64,000 nucleotides of DNA from Octopus vulgaris (Eukaryota), in contig OX597820.1 in the NCBI GenBank assembly GCA_951406725.2, positions 106,950,001-107,014,000 of the forward strand. The letters are read 5' to 3'. The notes below the pieces were generated by a model that saw only the letters and a program-made list of their open reading frames with translations, made no database searches and was not told the origin of the DNA. The stretch's first letter is position 1. Each line of letters starts with the position of its first letter. Both the position numbers and the translations under genes were made by a program. Shown here piece after piece: positions 13,497 to 25,681 of the stretch.

Positions 13497-14172
13497 GAGC
13501 TGTGACTGCAGAGGACATGCATAGGCTTGAAAGAAATGAAGCTAGCAAGATCCGCTAGATATGTAATGTCAGTTTGCACAGATGACAGAGTATAAGCACC
13601 CTGAGAGAAATGCTGAACGTAAGAAGCATCGGATGTGGCGTGCAAGAGAGATGTTTGTGCTGGTATGGTCATGTACAACGGATGGATGAGGAGAAATGTG
13701 TGAAGAAGTGCCACTCCCAAACAATTGAAGGAATCTGGGGTAGGGGTAGACCCAGGAAGACATAGGATGAGGTGGTCAAGCATGATCTTCAAACGCTGGG
13801 TTTCACAGAGGCAATGACGAAAGACCGAGATCTCTGAGATATGCTGTGACTGCAAAGACCTGACAAATAACGTGAGTTCATAGCTGTTTCCGGCACCAGC
13901 TTCTCATAGCAGCCCCATCCCATCAAAAGTACCTTGGATCACAGGACGGCCTGCTGTGCTTGAGGAAACCTATTGAGTCAAGTACATCAACATCAAAATA
14001 AAAATCAAATGGAAAGTGTAGTCGTGATACCTGTGCCGGTGGCACGTAAAAAGCACCATCTGAATATGGCCGATGCCAGTGCTGCCTTGACTGGCTTCCG
14101 TGCTGGTGGTACGTAAAAAGCACCAACCGATCGTGGCTGCTGCTAGCCTCCCCTGGCACCTGTGCAAATGGC
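13497..14172 (+). mobile_element. Second RTE 3' fragment, cut by the assembly gap
   Basis: Diverged copy of 12590-13240. Confidence 0.88.
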
Positions 14173-14272
14173 NNNNNNNNNNNNNNNNNNNNNNNNNNNN
14201 NNNNNNNNNNNNNNNNNNNNNNNNNNNNNNNNNNNNNNNNNNNNNNNNNNNNNNNNNNNNNNNNNNNNNNNN
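14173..14272. other. Assembly gap (100 N)
   Basis: Run of n characters. Confidence 1.
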
Positions 14273-14294
14273 TATTTATATATAAATCTATCTG

Positions 14295-14331
<37 letters not shown>

Positions 14332-14702
14332 TTTTACCCCTTTTTTCTTCTTTTTCATTTCTCTTTTCTTTTGTTCCTTTTCCTTTTCTTTTTTTCTTTT
14401 TCTTTTTTTTCTTTTTTATTTATTTTTTTTGTTCTTTTCTTTCCTTTTACGATATAAATATATATGTATATATATAAAAATATATATGTATATATATATA
14501 AATATATATGTATATATATATAAATATAACATAAGGGGGATCAGCCATCTGAATGTGGCTAGGGACAGGGCAGGGTGGTGGGGGTATTACTGATGCAATT
14601 AGCCCCAGGCGATCATCAACGTCACCAGAAGGGCCGACACCACCTCGGTGTCCTTGCCAGCCTGCAAAGGGAGATCAGCCTCCCCGAAGATACGGATACT
14701 AC

Positions 14703-14743
14703 ATACGGACCGGTTTCGAGGTTATTGCCTCTTGTCAATGTAT
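14703..14743 (-). ncRNA. Minimal type I hammerhead, U3:A8 core variant (copy 1)
   Basis: Minus strand ataca-TTGACAA-GAGG caataa CCTC-GAAA-CCGG-TC-cgtat; A·C mismatch at the base of stem I. Confidence 0.7.
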
Positions 14744-15061
14744 GGTAAGCACCGTTCTTCGTTGAGGGACTCCCTCTACAGGCTGGATATATAGGGATTT
14801 TTACAGTAACCACAGTCACTGGCGTAGAAAATCCGTTCGAAACCATAATAAATCTCTGAGCGAGATATAAACAGTAACTGCTCTATAACATAAGTGGGAT
14901 CAGCCATCTGAATGTGGTTAGGGACAGGGCAGGGTGGTGGGGGTGTTACTGATGCATTTAGCCCCAGGCGATCATCGATGTCACCAGAAGGGCCGACACC
15001 ATCTCGGTGTCCTTGCCAGCCTGCAAAGGGAGATCAGCCTCCCCGAAGATACAGATACTAC

Positions 15062-15102
15062 ATACAGACCGGTTTCGAGGTTATTGCCTCTTGTCAACGT
15101 AT
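15062..15102 (-). ncRNA. Minimal type I hammerhead, U3:A8 core variant (copy 2)
   Basis: Minus strand atacg-TTGACAA-GAGG caataa CCTC-GAAA-CCGG-TC-tgtat; all stems pair. Confidence 0.78.
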
Positions 15103-15358
15103 GGTAAGCACCGTTCTTCGTTGAGGGACTCCCTGTACAGGCTGGATATATAGGGATTTTCACAGCTCACTTTGCAGGCTGGCAAGGACACCGAGATGGT
15201 GTCGGCCCTTCTAGTGACGTCGATGATCGCCTGGGGCTAAATGCATCAGTAACACCCCCACCACCCTGCCCTGTCCGTAGCCACATTCAGATGGCTGATC
15301 CCCCTTATGTTATAGAGCAGTTACTGTTTATATCTCGCTAAGAGATTTATTATTGTTT

Positions 15359-16420
<1,062 letters not shown>

Positions 16421-16496
16421 TGCGTATATATGCATGGACATGAACTTTCACGAACTTTATATAGATAACTAATCTTTCCCCTCTTTCTTACCTCTT

Positions 16497-16990
16497 TCAG
16501 ATACTCCATCTTCTAATTAGCCTTAAGATTAAATATTGTTTAACATTGTTAATAATTTTTCAGATACTCTATCTTCTAATTAGCCTTAAGAATAAACAAC
16601 GTTTATTACCCACACTTTAACATCTAATTTTTTACCCACACTCTAATATCTTTCTAATTAGCCTTTTTACCCACATTTTAAATATTTGTTAATATATTTT
16701 CAGATACTCTATCCTCTAATTAGCCTTAAGATTAAATAACGTTTTTTACCCACACTTTAACTTTTTCACCCACAATTTAATATATTTTTGAATACTCTAC
16801 CTTCTAACTAGCCTCAAGATTAAATAACGATTATTACCCACACTTTAATATAATTGTAATATTGTTAACATATTTTCAGATACTCTATCTCCTAATTAGC
16901 CTAAGATTAAATAACGTTTTTACCCACAAACTTTAATATTGTTAATATTAATAATACTCTATCCCATAATTAGCCTTAAGATTAAATATC
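16497..16990 (+). repeat. Degenerate tandem monomers in the LINE 5' UTR
   Basis: About 6-7 copies of atactctatcttctaattagccttaagattaaata(acgtttttacccaca). Confidence 0.85.
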
Positions 16991-17047
16991 TTCTTGTCTT
17001 CTTTCGAACATAGTTAGATAGATAAACAAATAGACAGATCATCCAGC

Positions 17048-17957
17048 ATGTCCAGAGCATGGAGACCTGACGAGCTGGATTTATTCGTACAAGCATGGGG
17101 GTGCGCCGGCGGAGATAGCCCTAGCGAGGTGATTGCGGCTGCGCTGAAGAGCAGAGGCTACAAGAGGACAGCGGCTCAGATGGAGCGAAAGAGACGGGAA
17201 TTCGTGCGCTCATATGCGCTTGTACGGTCGCACATTGGCGCATTTGATGCCATCTTTGAGAACGAGCGGGGCAAAGATGACAAGAATGGAGACGATGAAA
17301 GAAGTCACCCCCACCTGGTGGATGCCCGGGAGGAGGTTTTGAATGAGAAACCTGCCCGGGAAGTGAACCCAGGTGCAAGTTCTCCAACCGGCAGCAAAGG
17401 CCATGGAGATGGAGAACCCGGTGAAGAGGTAGAGGGAGGAGGAAGAACTAAAGGAAGGGCTGGTAGAGCTAAAGGAAAAGCTCAAGCAGGACCAAAGGGT
17501 GAAAAAAACCAGGAATAGAAGTGGAACCGCAAAAGATGGAAACAAACAGCGCACACGGGTGTGTAGGTTCTACCTGAGAGGTTCCTGCTGGCATGGAAAG
17601 GAAGGTGCAGGCTGCCGCTTTGCACATCGGGGACCCTGCCACAGAGACACGAGGCAGATGGACAAACCATCAACACAAGGAAAAGGGATGGACCACGCAC
17701 CACTTGCCCCAAAGCGGAGGTACGCAGATGTTGTGCGTGCCACAAACCACCAACATGATGTTGTCGAAAGGGCAGCTGCTGAGCAACAATCTTTTTTGTG
17801 CATGGCACAAAAGATTGTACAGCAGCTGACCTGGCTTCATCAAACCCAAGCCCGCAGGTGGGACTACCCACTATATACCAGACCACCACCACAGCAAACA
17901 GACCCAGGATGGACACCACCGGCAACAACGTACACCTCACCTCGATGCTCCTACTGA
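17048..17957 (+). CDS. LINE ORF1: N-terminal trihelix/Myb-SANT-like domain + CCCH zinc finger (one frameshift at the A7 run ~17502-17508)
   Basis: WRPDELDLFVQAW…IAAALKSRGYKRTAAQMERKRREFVRSY and CRFYLRGSCWHGKEGAGCRFAH; removing one A fuses ORFs 17048..17518 and 17499..17957. Confidence 0.8.
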
Positions 17958-20904
17958 ACATCAGAGGACTGCAAACACTCAGTAACAGGACAAAAATCCC
18001 GTTCCTGAGTGATTTTGTTGCATGCAATCAAGCCTTATCCATAGCACTAACGGAAACGCACCTGAAACCGGATATAGCAGATGCGGAGTTACACATACCA
18101 CAGTATGCTGTACTACGGACCGACAGGAAAGAAAGGAGTCATGGAGGTGTTGCTATGTACATCCGTGAGGACCTCACACCCCAGGTCCTCTTGTCATACT
18201 CAAACTCGGTGTGTGACACACTAATTGTACATATTAGGCAACTTGATGTAGTTGTGTGTGCTACATATCGCCCTCCAGATGCCCCAAGCCATGTGGGCAA
18301 GTTTGAAGACTGCCTTATAAAAATAGAAGAAGTTCTAACCACGTTAGAACAACACATAAGTGTACTTCTTATGGGAGACTTCAATCTGCCAAATGTCAGA
18401 TGGCCCGATGGCCTTTCTCTCCCAGGAATGACAAGATGTGAACGAGGACAGGCGAGGTCCCTCCTGAACCTCATCAACACCCTGTACATGGAGCAGGTAA
18501 TACTCCAACCAACCAGGGCAGGTAACACACTGGATCTCTGCTTCACAAATGACATGGATCTCATCCATAATGTGAAAGTGACACCGACACTACTCTCGGA
18601 TCACAACATGATAGAGCTGACCATGTACGGGCCAAAAGAGAGCACGGACATGCAGCCTACAAGAAACCCCAGAATCTTTCCAGCTTGAACTACCATAAGG
18701 CAAACTGGAAACAAATTGAGAAAGAGATCCTCAAACAAAACTGGCCTAAATGTCTCTCCTCGCCAGACATCGACGTGAAACTTCAACAATTCATGTCTGT
18801 AATGCAAGCCATATGCTACAAATATGTCCCAGAGAGAAAGGCCACTGTACACAAGAACAAAATCCCCAGAGAGAGGAAAATTCTAATGAGACGGCGTACA
18901 AAATTTTCAAATCGCCTAAACAAACAGATTGAAAGCAGTGAAAAGTCCCGCCTAAAAATAAAACTGTTGGAAATCGAAAAATGTCTGAAACTCTCCCATG
19001 AAAAGGAAAGAGCAGACAAAGAAGCCTGGGCTATAGACAACATAAAATCTAACCCCAGAGCTTTCTACAGGTATGCCAAAGAAACAGCTACGGTGCACTG
19101 TAGAATAGGGCCACTCCTCGAAAAGGATGGCACACTTACAGGAAAACCAATGAGGGTAAGTGAAATACTGAATGAGCAATTCAAGAGTGTTTTCACTCCA
19201 CCCCTTGGGCATCTCCAAATCACCAATCCAACTGACTTTTTTACCACTGCAGATATAAAATCAGAGGCGGCGACGATAGATTACATCGATATAAAGGAAG
19301 ACGATGTAATCAAGGCTATAGATGAAATGAAAACAGACTCAGCTACTGGCCCCGATGGATTCCCGGCAATCCTCCTAAAAGCATGTAAGAGAGTCCTAGC
19401 AAGACCACTGCAGTTCCTCTTTCAGAGCTTCCTTGCAGCTGGCAAACTCCCAAGAAAACTGAAGGAAGGTAAAATATGCCCCATTCATAAAGGAGGTAGC
19501 AGAGCGGAAGCCAAGAACTATAGACCTATCTCTCTGACCTCACACATCAGCAAGGTCATGGAACAAATAGTCAGAAGGAAGCTGATCACCTTCCTTGAAG
19601 AGAATGACTTGCTGCCCGACACCCAACATGGTTTCCGACCAGGGAGAAGCTGTTTAACTCAGCTCCTACAACACTATGACTGGGTGCTGAAACGGCTGCT
19701 CAACCACTCAAATGTGGAAGTGATATATCTCGACTTTGCAAAGGCCTTTGATAAAGTCGATCATGGAATGATATGTCACAAACTGCGTGATCTCAACATA
19801 GTTGGAAAACTGGGAGAATGGCTTCATGACTTTCTGAAAGATAGAAGTCAGGTGGTAGTGGCCAATGGGGCCACTTCCATTAACACGCAAATAGTGAGCG
19901 GTGTTCCGCAGGGCACTGTTCTGGGACCACTACTGTTCATAATGGCCCTCTCAGACATGCCCTCAGCCACGCAGAGAGCCACGATCACAAGTTATGCAGA
20001 TGATACAAAAGTTTCACAGGCAATACAGAACCCTGAGGACACAAAACACCTGCAATGTGAGCTAGACAAAATATACAAGTGGGCCGAAAAGAATAGCATG
20101 CAGTTCAATGCTGAAAAGTTTCAAGCTCTATACTATCAGCATGCAAAACTAAATGCAATACCCAATGAATACACTGGACCCGGAGGAATAGCAATCCCAG
20201 AGGCACAATCAGTGCGTGACCTAGGTATTTACATGAGTGATGACGCGACCTTTCGTGTACATGTTGCTAAATTGGCAATGAAATGTAGACGACTGGCCGG
20301 ATGGATCCTCAGAACCTTTAGAACAAGAGAACAAGAAACCATGATGGTCCTCTGGAGGACACTTGTCCTAAGCCACTTTGACTACTGCTCTCAGTTATGG
20401 TCACCATCCAGTGTCAAGTTGATCACAGAGCTCGAGGCGATCCAACGTAGCTACACGAAGAAGATAGCCTCTATGCAGAATGTAAGCTACTGGGAAAGAC
20501 TCAAGAAATTAAAATTATATTCCCTGGAGCATAGGCGGGAAAGATATGCCATAATATACATCTGGAAGATCCTGGAGGGAAGTGTCCTGAACTTTGGCAT
20601 CGAGAGTTACGCAAATGCCAGAACTGGGCGCCACTGCGTGGTGCCTAGGACTCCAAACTTGCCATCAAGATGTAGGACAAGATTCTGTGATAGCCTGGGC
20701 TTCCGAGGCCCACAGGTCTTCAATATCCTCCCGAAGAACCTGAGAGACCTGCATGGGGTGGATACAGATGTATTTAAAATGAAGCTGGATCTCTTCCTGT
20801 CAGGTGTCCCAGATGAACCAACTTCACGGCAGGAGGGGCAGACGAGGGCAGCTGCATCGAACTCTCTCATGCACCAAATAGCAGTTGCTAGAAAGCCTTC
20901 ATGA
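17909..20904 (+). CDS. LINE ORF2: APE endonuclease + reverse transcriptase (one frameshift ~18665)
   Basis: LNIRGL, ALTETHL, YRPP, MGDFNLP, NTLDL, SDHN; [46 protein letters not shown]. Confidence 0.95.
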
Positions 20905-21177
20905 AGTGAAACCAAGTAGCAACACCAAATGGTGGTGCCCCAGCATGGCCACAGCTCATAAGCTGAAACTAGAATCAATCAATCAATCAATCATATATAT
21001 AAATATATATATAAATATAAATATATGTATATATATATATATATGTAAATATATATATATATATGTAAATATATATATATATATGTAAATATATATATAT
21101 ATGTAAATATATGTATATATATATATGTAAATATATATATATATGTAAATATATGTATATATATATGTAAATATATG

Positions 21178-21248
<71 letters not shown>

Positions 21249-21297
21249 GTATATATATATACACATATGTATATATATATGTATATATATATATATG

Positions 21298-21342
<45 letters not shown>

Positions 21343-21383
21343 GTATATATTCATATATATATATTCATATATATATGTATATA

Positions 21384-22040
21384 TTCATAAAGGAGGTAGC
21401 AGAGTGGAGGCCAAGAACTACAGACCTATCTCTCTGACCTCACACATCAGCAAGTTCATGGAACGAATAGTCAGAAGGAAACTAATCACCTTCCTTGAAG
21501 AAAATGACTTGCTGCCTGACACCCAACATGGATTCCGACCAGGAAGAAGCTGACTAACTCAGCTCCTACAACACTATGACTGGGTGATGAAACGACTGCT
21601 CAACCACTCAAATGTGGAAGTCATATATCTTGACTTTGCAAAGGCCTTTGATAAAGTTGATCATGGAATGATATGTCACAAACTGCATGATCTTAGCATA
21701 GCTGGAAAATTGGGAGAATGGCTTCATGACTTTCTGAAGGATAGAAGCCAGGTGGTAGTAGCCATTAACACACAAATAGTGAGCGGTGTTCCGCAAGGCA
21801 CTGTTTTGGGACCACTACTGTTCATGATGGTTCTCTAAGACATGCCCTCAGCCACGCAGAGAGCCACGATCACAAGTTATGCAGATGATACAAAAGCTTC
21901 ACAGGCAATACAGAACCCTGAAGACACTAAGCACCTGCAATGTGAGCTGGACAAAATATACAAGTGGGCTGAAAAGAATAGCATGCAGTTCAATGCTGAA
22001 AAGTTTCAAGCTTTGTGCTATCAGCATGCAAAACTAAATG

Positions 22041-22044
<4 letters not shown>
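21384..22044 (+). mobile_element. Internal RT fragment of the same CR1-group family
   Basis: Close but not identical to 19483-20160; has stops and a small deletion; bounded by TA tracts. Confidence 0.92.
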
Positions 22045-22079
<35 letters not shown>

Positions 22080-22298
22080 CAAATAAATATATAAATATAT
22101 GTACACACACACACACACACAAATATATATATATATATATACAAACATGTACATATATACAAACATGTACATATATACATATATGTACACACACACACAC
22201 ATATATATATATATACAAACATGTACATATATACATATATGTACACACACACACACACACACATATATATACAAACATGTACATATATACATATATTT

Positions 22299-22337
<39 letters not shown>

Positions 22338-22362
22338 AACATGTACATATATAAATATATGT

Positions 22363-22393
<31 letters not shown>

Positions 22394-22474
22394 CAAACAT
22401 GTACATATATACATATAGGTACACACACACACACATATATATATATACAAACATGTACATATATACATATATGT

Positions 22475-22515
<41 letters not shown>

Positions 22516-22544
22516 AACAAACATGCACATATATACATATATGT

Positions 22545-22580
<36 letters not shown>

Positions 22581-22606
22581 AAACATGTACATATAAACAT
22601 ATATGT

Positions 22607-22642
<36 letters not shown>

Positions 22643-22668
22643 AAACATGTACATATATACATATATGT

Positions 22669-22717
<49 letters not shown>

Positions 22718-22752
22718 CACACACACACGCACACATATATATATACATATAT
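22045..22752. repeat. Compound TA/CA minisatellite (~45-50-bp unit tatacaaacatgtacatatatacatatatgtacacac…)
   Basis: Seen directly. Confidence 0.9.
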
Positions 22753-22890
22753 AAAAAAAGATGTGTGTATTTTTCCGTTGTTAACAATAATTACCAGGGT
22801 AGCAAAAAATCACACAAGTAAAAAGGTTGTAACTCCTTGTTTTTAAAGGTAGAAACTTCGGGTTTACGTGAAATTTATTGTATAATATAT

Positions 22891-23160
22891 ATAAATAAAT
22901 AAATAAATGGTGTTAAAGGCAGGTGTTATTCAAATTCTTTTACTTCCGACACGTTTCGAACATATCACTGATATTATTCCAAAGGAATAAAATGGTGTAA
23001 AACAATGTAATCTTCTCTTCATAGAAGTGAAGAAATGAAACTCGCCAATAAGACATTTTAACAGAAAATGATGGATATGTATATTGATATCTTTGAAACA
23101 TGTCGGAAGTAAAAGAATTTGAATAACACCTGCCTTTAACTCCATTTAATTATTTATTTA
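22891..23160. repeat. Inverted repeat (~75-bp arms) containing a minus-strand HHR relic at 22943-23027
   Basis: atggtgttaaaggcaggtgttattcaaattcttttacttccgacacgtttc pairs with gaaacatgtcggaagtaaaagaatttgaataacacctgcctttaactccat. Confidence 0.85.
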
Positions 23161-23197
23161 CATATATATATATACATATGTATATACATACATACCA

Positions 23198-23232
<35 letters not shown>

Positions 23233-23305
23233 TATATACATATTCATGTGTATATATATATACATATATATAGATACTTATATACATATATATGTATACA
23301 TATAC

Positions 23306-23337
<32 letters not shown>

Positions 23338-23381
23338 CAATAATAATTCTCTAAAAGGAATATAGACAGTAACTGCTCGAC

Positions 23382-23599
23382 AACATAAGGGACTAAAGCC
23401 ATCTGAATATGGCTAGGGACAGGCAGGGTGGTGGGGGTGTTACTGTTGCATTTAGCCCCAGGCGAACATCGACGTCACCAGAAAGGTGTCGAGCCTTTCT
23501 GGTGACGTCGATGTTCGCCTGGGGCTAAATGCAACAGTAACACCCCCACCACCCTGCCCTGTCCCTAGCCATATTCAGATGGCTTTAGTCCCTTATGTT
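23382..23599. repeat. Near-perfect ~105-bp-arm palindrome of the 14.5-kb retrozyme-like family
   Basis: Arms 23382-23486 and 23494-23599 with a 7-nt loop; homologous to ~14528-14633. Confidence 0.92.
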
Positions 23600-23617
23600 A
23601 TATATATATATATATAT

Positions 23618-23668
<51 letters not shown>

Positions 23669-23995
23669 TATATACATATACATATACTTAAATACATATA
23701 CATATACACATATACATACATATATATATATACATACATATATATACATAGACATACATGTATATATATACATATACATACATGTACATATACATATACA
23801 TACATGTACATATACATACATATCATCATCATCATCGTTTAAGGTCCGCTTTCCATGCTAGCCTGGGTTGGACGGTTCAACTGGGGTCTGGGGACCCCGA
23901 AGGCTGCACCAGGCCAGTCAGATCTGGCAGTATACATACATACATATATATATACATATATAATCAAAATAAGCAACAAGAATGACTCCGGTAAT

Positions 23996-24083
23996 TTGGT
24001 ACGATCGTTTCGTACTACATTATTTTATTAAATGTTGTAAGAATTACAACAATTTTAAAATGCTGAGCACTCATCAGCCAATT
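23996..24083 (-). ncRNA. Type I hammerhead ribozyme, intact core
   Basis: Minus strand ttgg-CTGATGA-GTGCT…(TGTTGTAA ttc TTACAACA)…AGTAC-GAAA-CGATCG-TA-ccaa. Confidence 0.88.
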
Positions 24084-25334
24084 ATAGAGGTTTTCCATTA
24101 ATACAAAAAATTTCGTATCAAGTGGCAACATTATAGAGAAGGTAGATACATAGACAAAGATGTGAACTTAAATTGTAAGAACATTTGAGGTAGTGGAGCC
24201 CATCAACTGACTGACTAAGATTTAGTTGTTCCAGACTACTGTAATGTTCTGAGAGGGAAGAACAAATGAAAGGAGACAATAAAGATTTTCTAATTATAGA
24301 AATGGGGTAAAGGGGATGTCATAGCTCCATATAAGGAATTTATGTAGAAGACAGCAGTGTCACAACTAAATGCCAACTACTACTATTTGATGAACAGATT
24401 AGGAGAACTAGGTCAATGTCAAATGGTCACAATAACATTCACAGAGAATGCAGAGACCTTACAAACCCTATGCACATCATCACAACAGTTGGTCTATAAG
24501 TTCCAAGTACTTTGACACCTTAGAATAAAGGAAAAAATATAAATCTAAAATTTATTCAAGTTTGGAGAAAGAGACAATCACTTATTATGAGTAGGCATAG
24601 TACTTATTAACTGGGGGGAAAAGCCTTATTAATCAAGTGAACATATTAGGGGTCAAAATATATACTAAGAAAGATGGCAGAGGGAAAATCAAAGAAGGAA
24701 GATATTCATAGGTTTAGTAGAAGGCGATATTTTATAATAAGAAGAGAGGTAATTTAAAAGAGTAAATTATTCAAATTCCATGGATAGTGAGTTGATATTA
24801 ATGAATTAAAATATAGGATCTAATGGGAATAAAATTTACTACCTGTGGATAAAAGTTAATTAGTTAGGTAAAAATATCTTAGGTTAATTATATATTAAGA
24901 AATGGGAGTAAGATAATCAAGATGAACCAAATAGCTTCCCTAGGGACATAGGATTAATACTACTTAGTATTGGAGAATATTATAAAAAAGAAGAATTTAA
25001 TTCTAAGTTTGCAATGAAGTTTTTTAACATTTATGGCTGTTAAACTAAAACCGGTATGGTATATTCATTCCTATTTGGTTAAATATATTTTGTAAAGATA
25101 TCTTAGACTAATTATATATTAAGAAATGGAAGTGAGATAATCAAGGTGAACTGAATAGTTTCTTTAGGGACATAGGATTCATATACATATATATACATGT
25201 ATATATACATATACATGTATATATACATATACATGTATATATACATATACATACATATATATATATATACCAGAGTAAACACATAAATGTGAAACAAGGT
25301 GGAAAAAAGAGTACTCAAATACCAGTGGTAGAGT

Positions 25335-25490
25335 AATTCAACAAAACCTGTTACTCTGAGTTTCCGTTGCCGTTCATCGGACAAAAACTGTCCTAACTAA
25401 TTAACTTTTATCCGCAGGTAGTAAATTTGCTAGCAAAAACTGTCCAATGAATGGCAACGGGAAACTCAGAGTAACAGGTTTTGTTGAATT
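25335..25490. repeat. Inverted repeat whose arms are each a minimal HHR-like motif (CCGAUGA core variant)
   Basis: Minus arm tgt-CCGATGA-a-CG gcaa CG-GAAA-CTCAGAG-TA-aca; plus arm tgt-CCAATGA-atggcaacgg-GAAA-CTCAGAG-TA-aca. Confidence 0.75.
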
Positions 25491-25509
25491 TTCTGCTGCT
25501 TTAAATAAA

Positions 25510-25548
<39 letters not shown>

Positions 25549-25645
25549 CATATATACATACATATACATATATATACACATATATATATATACATATATA
25601 TATATATACATATAAATATATATATATATATACATATACATATAC

Positions 25646-25681
<36 letters not shown>

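Larger units (their letters stand above)
14525..15358 (-). mobile_element. Retrozyme-like element: ~1.8 tandem copies of a 359-bp unit, each with an HHR, plus an inverted partial copy
   Basis: Units start at 14525 and 14884; 15170-15358 is the reverse complement of 14840-15028; flanked by TA tracts. Confidence 0.8.
16440..20992 (+). mobile_element. Near full-length CR1-group non-LTR retrotransposon with (AATC)n tail
   Basis: Tandem-repeat 5' region, ORF1, overlapping ORF2 (APE + RT), short 3' UTR and aatcaatcaatc tail; embedded in (TA)n. Confidence 0.92.

Noticed and set aside
16497-16990. CRISPR-like repeat/spacer appearance (also 59150-59590)
   Set aside because: Eukaryotic context, degenerate repeats, spacers related to each other and no cas genes.
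17121-20978. Minus-strand ORFs overlapping the LINE and other TEs
   Set aside because: Antisense shadows of real reading frames with no domain signal.
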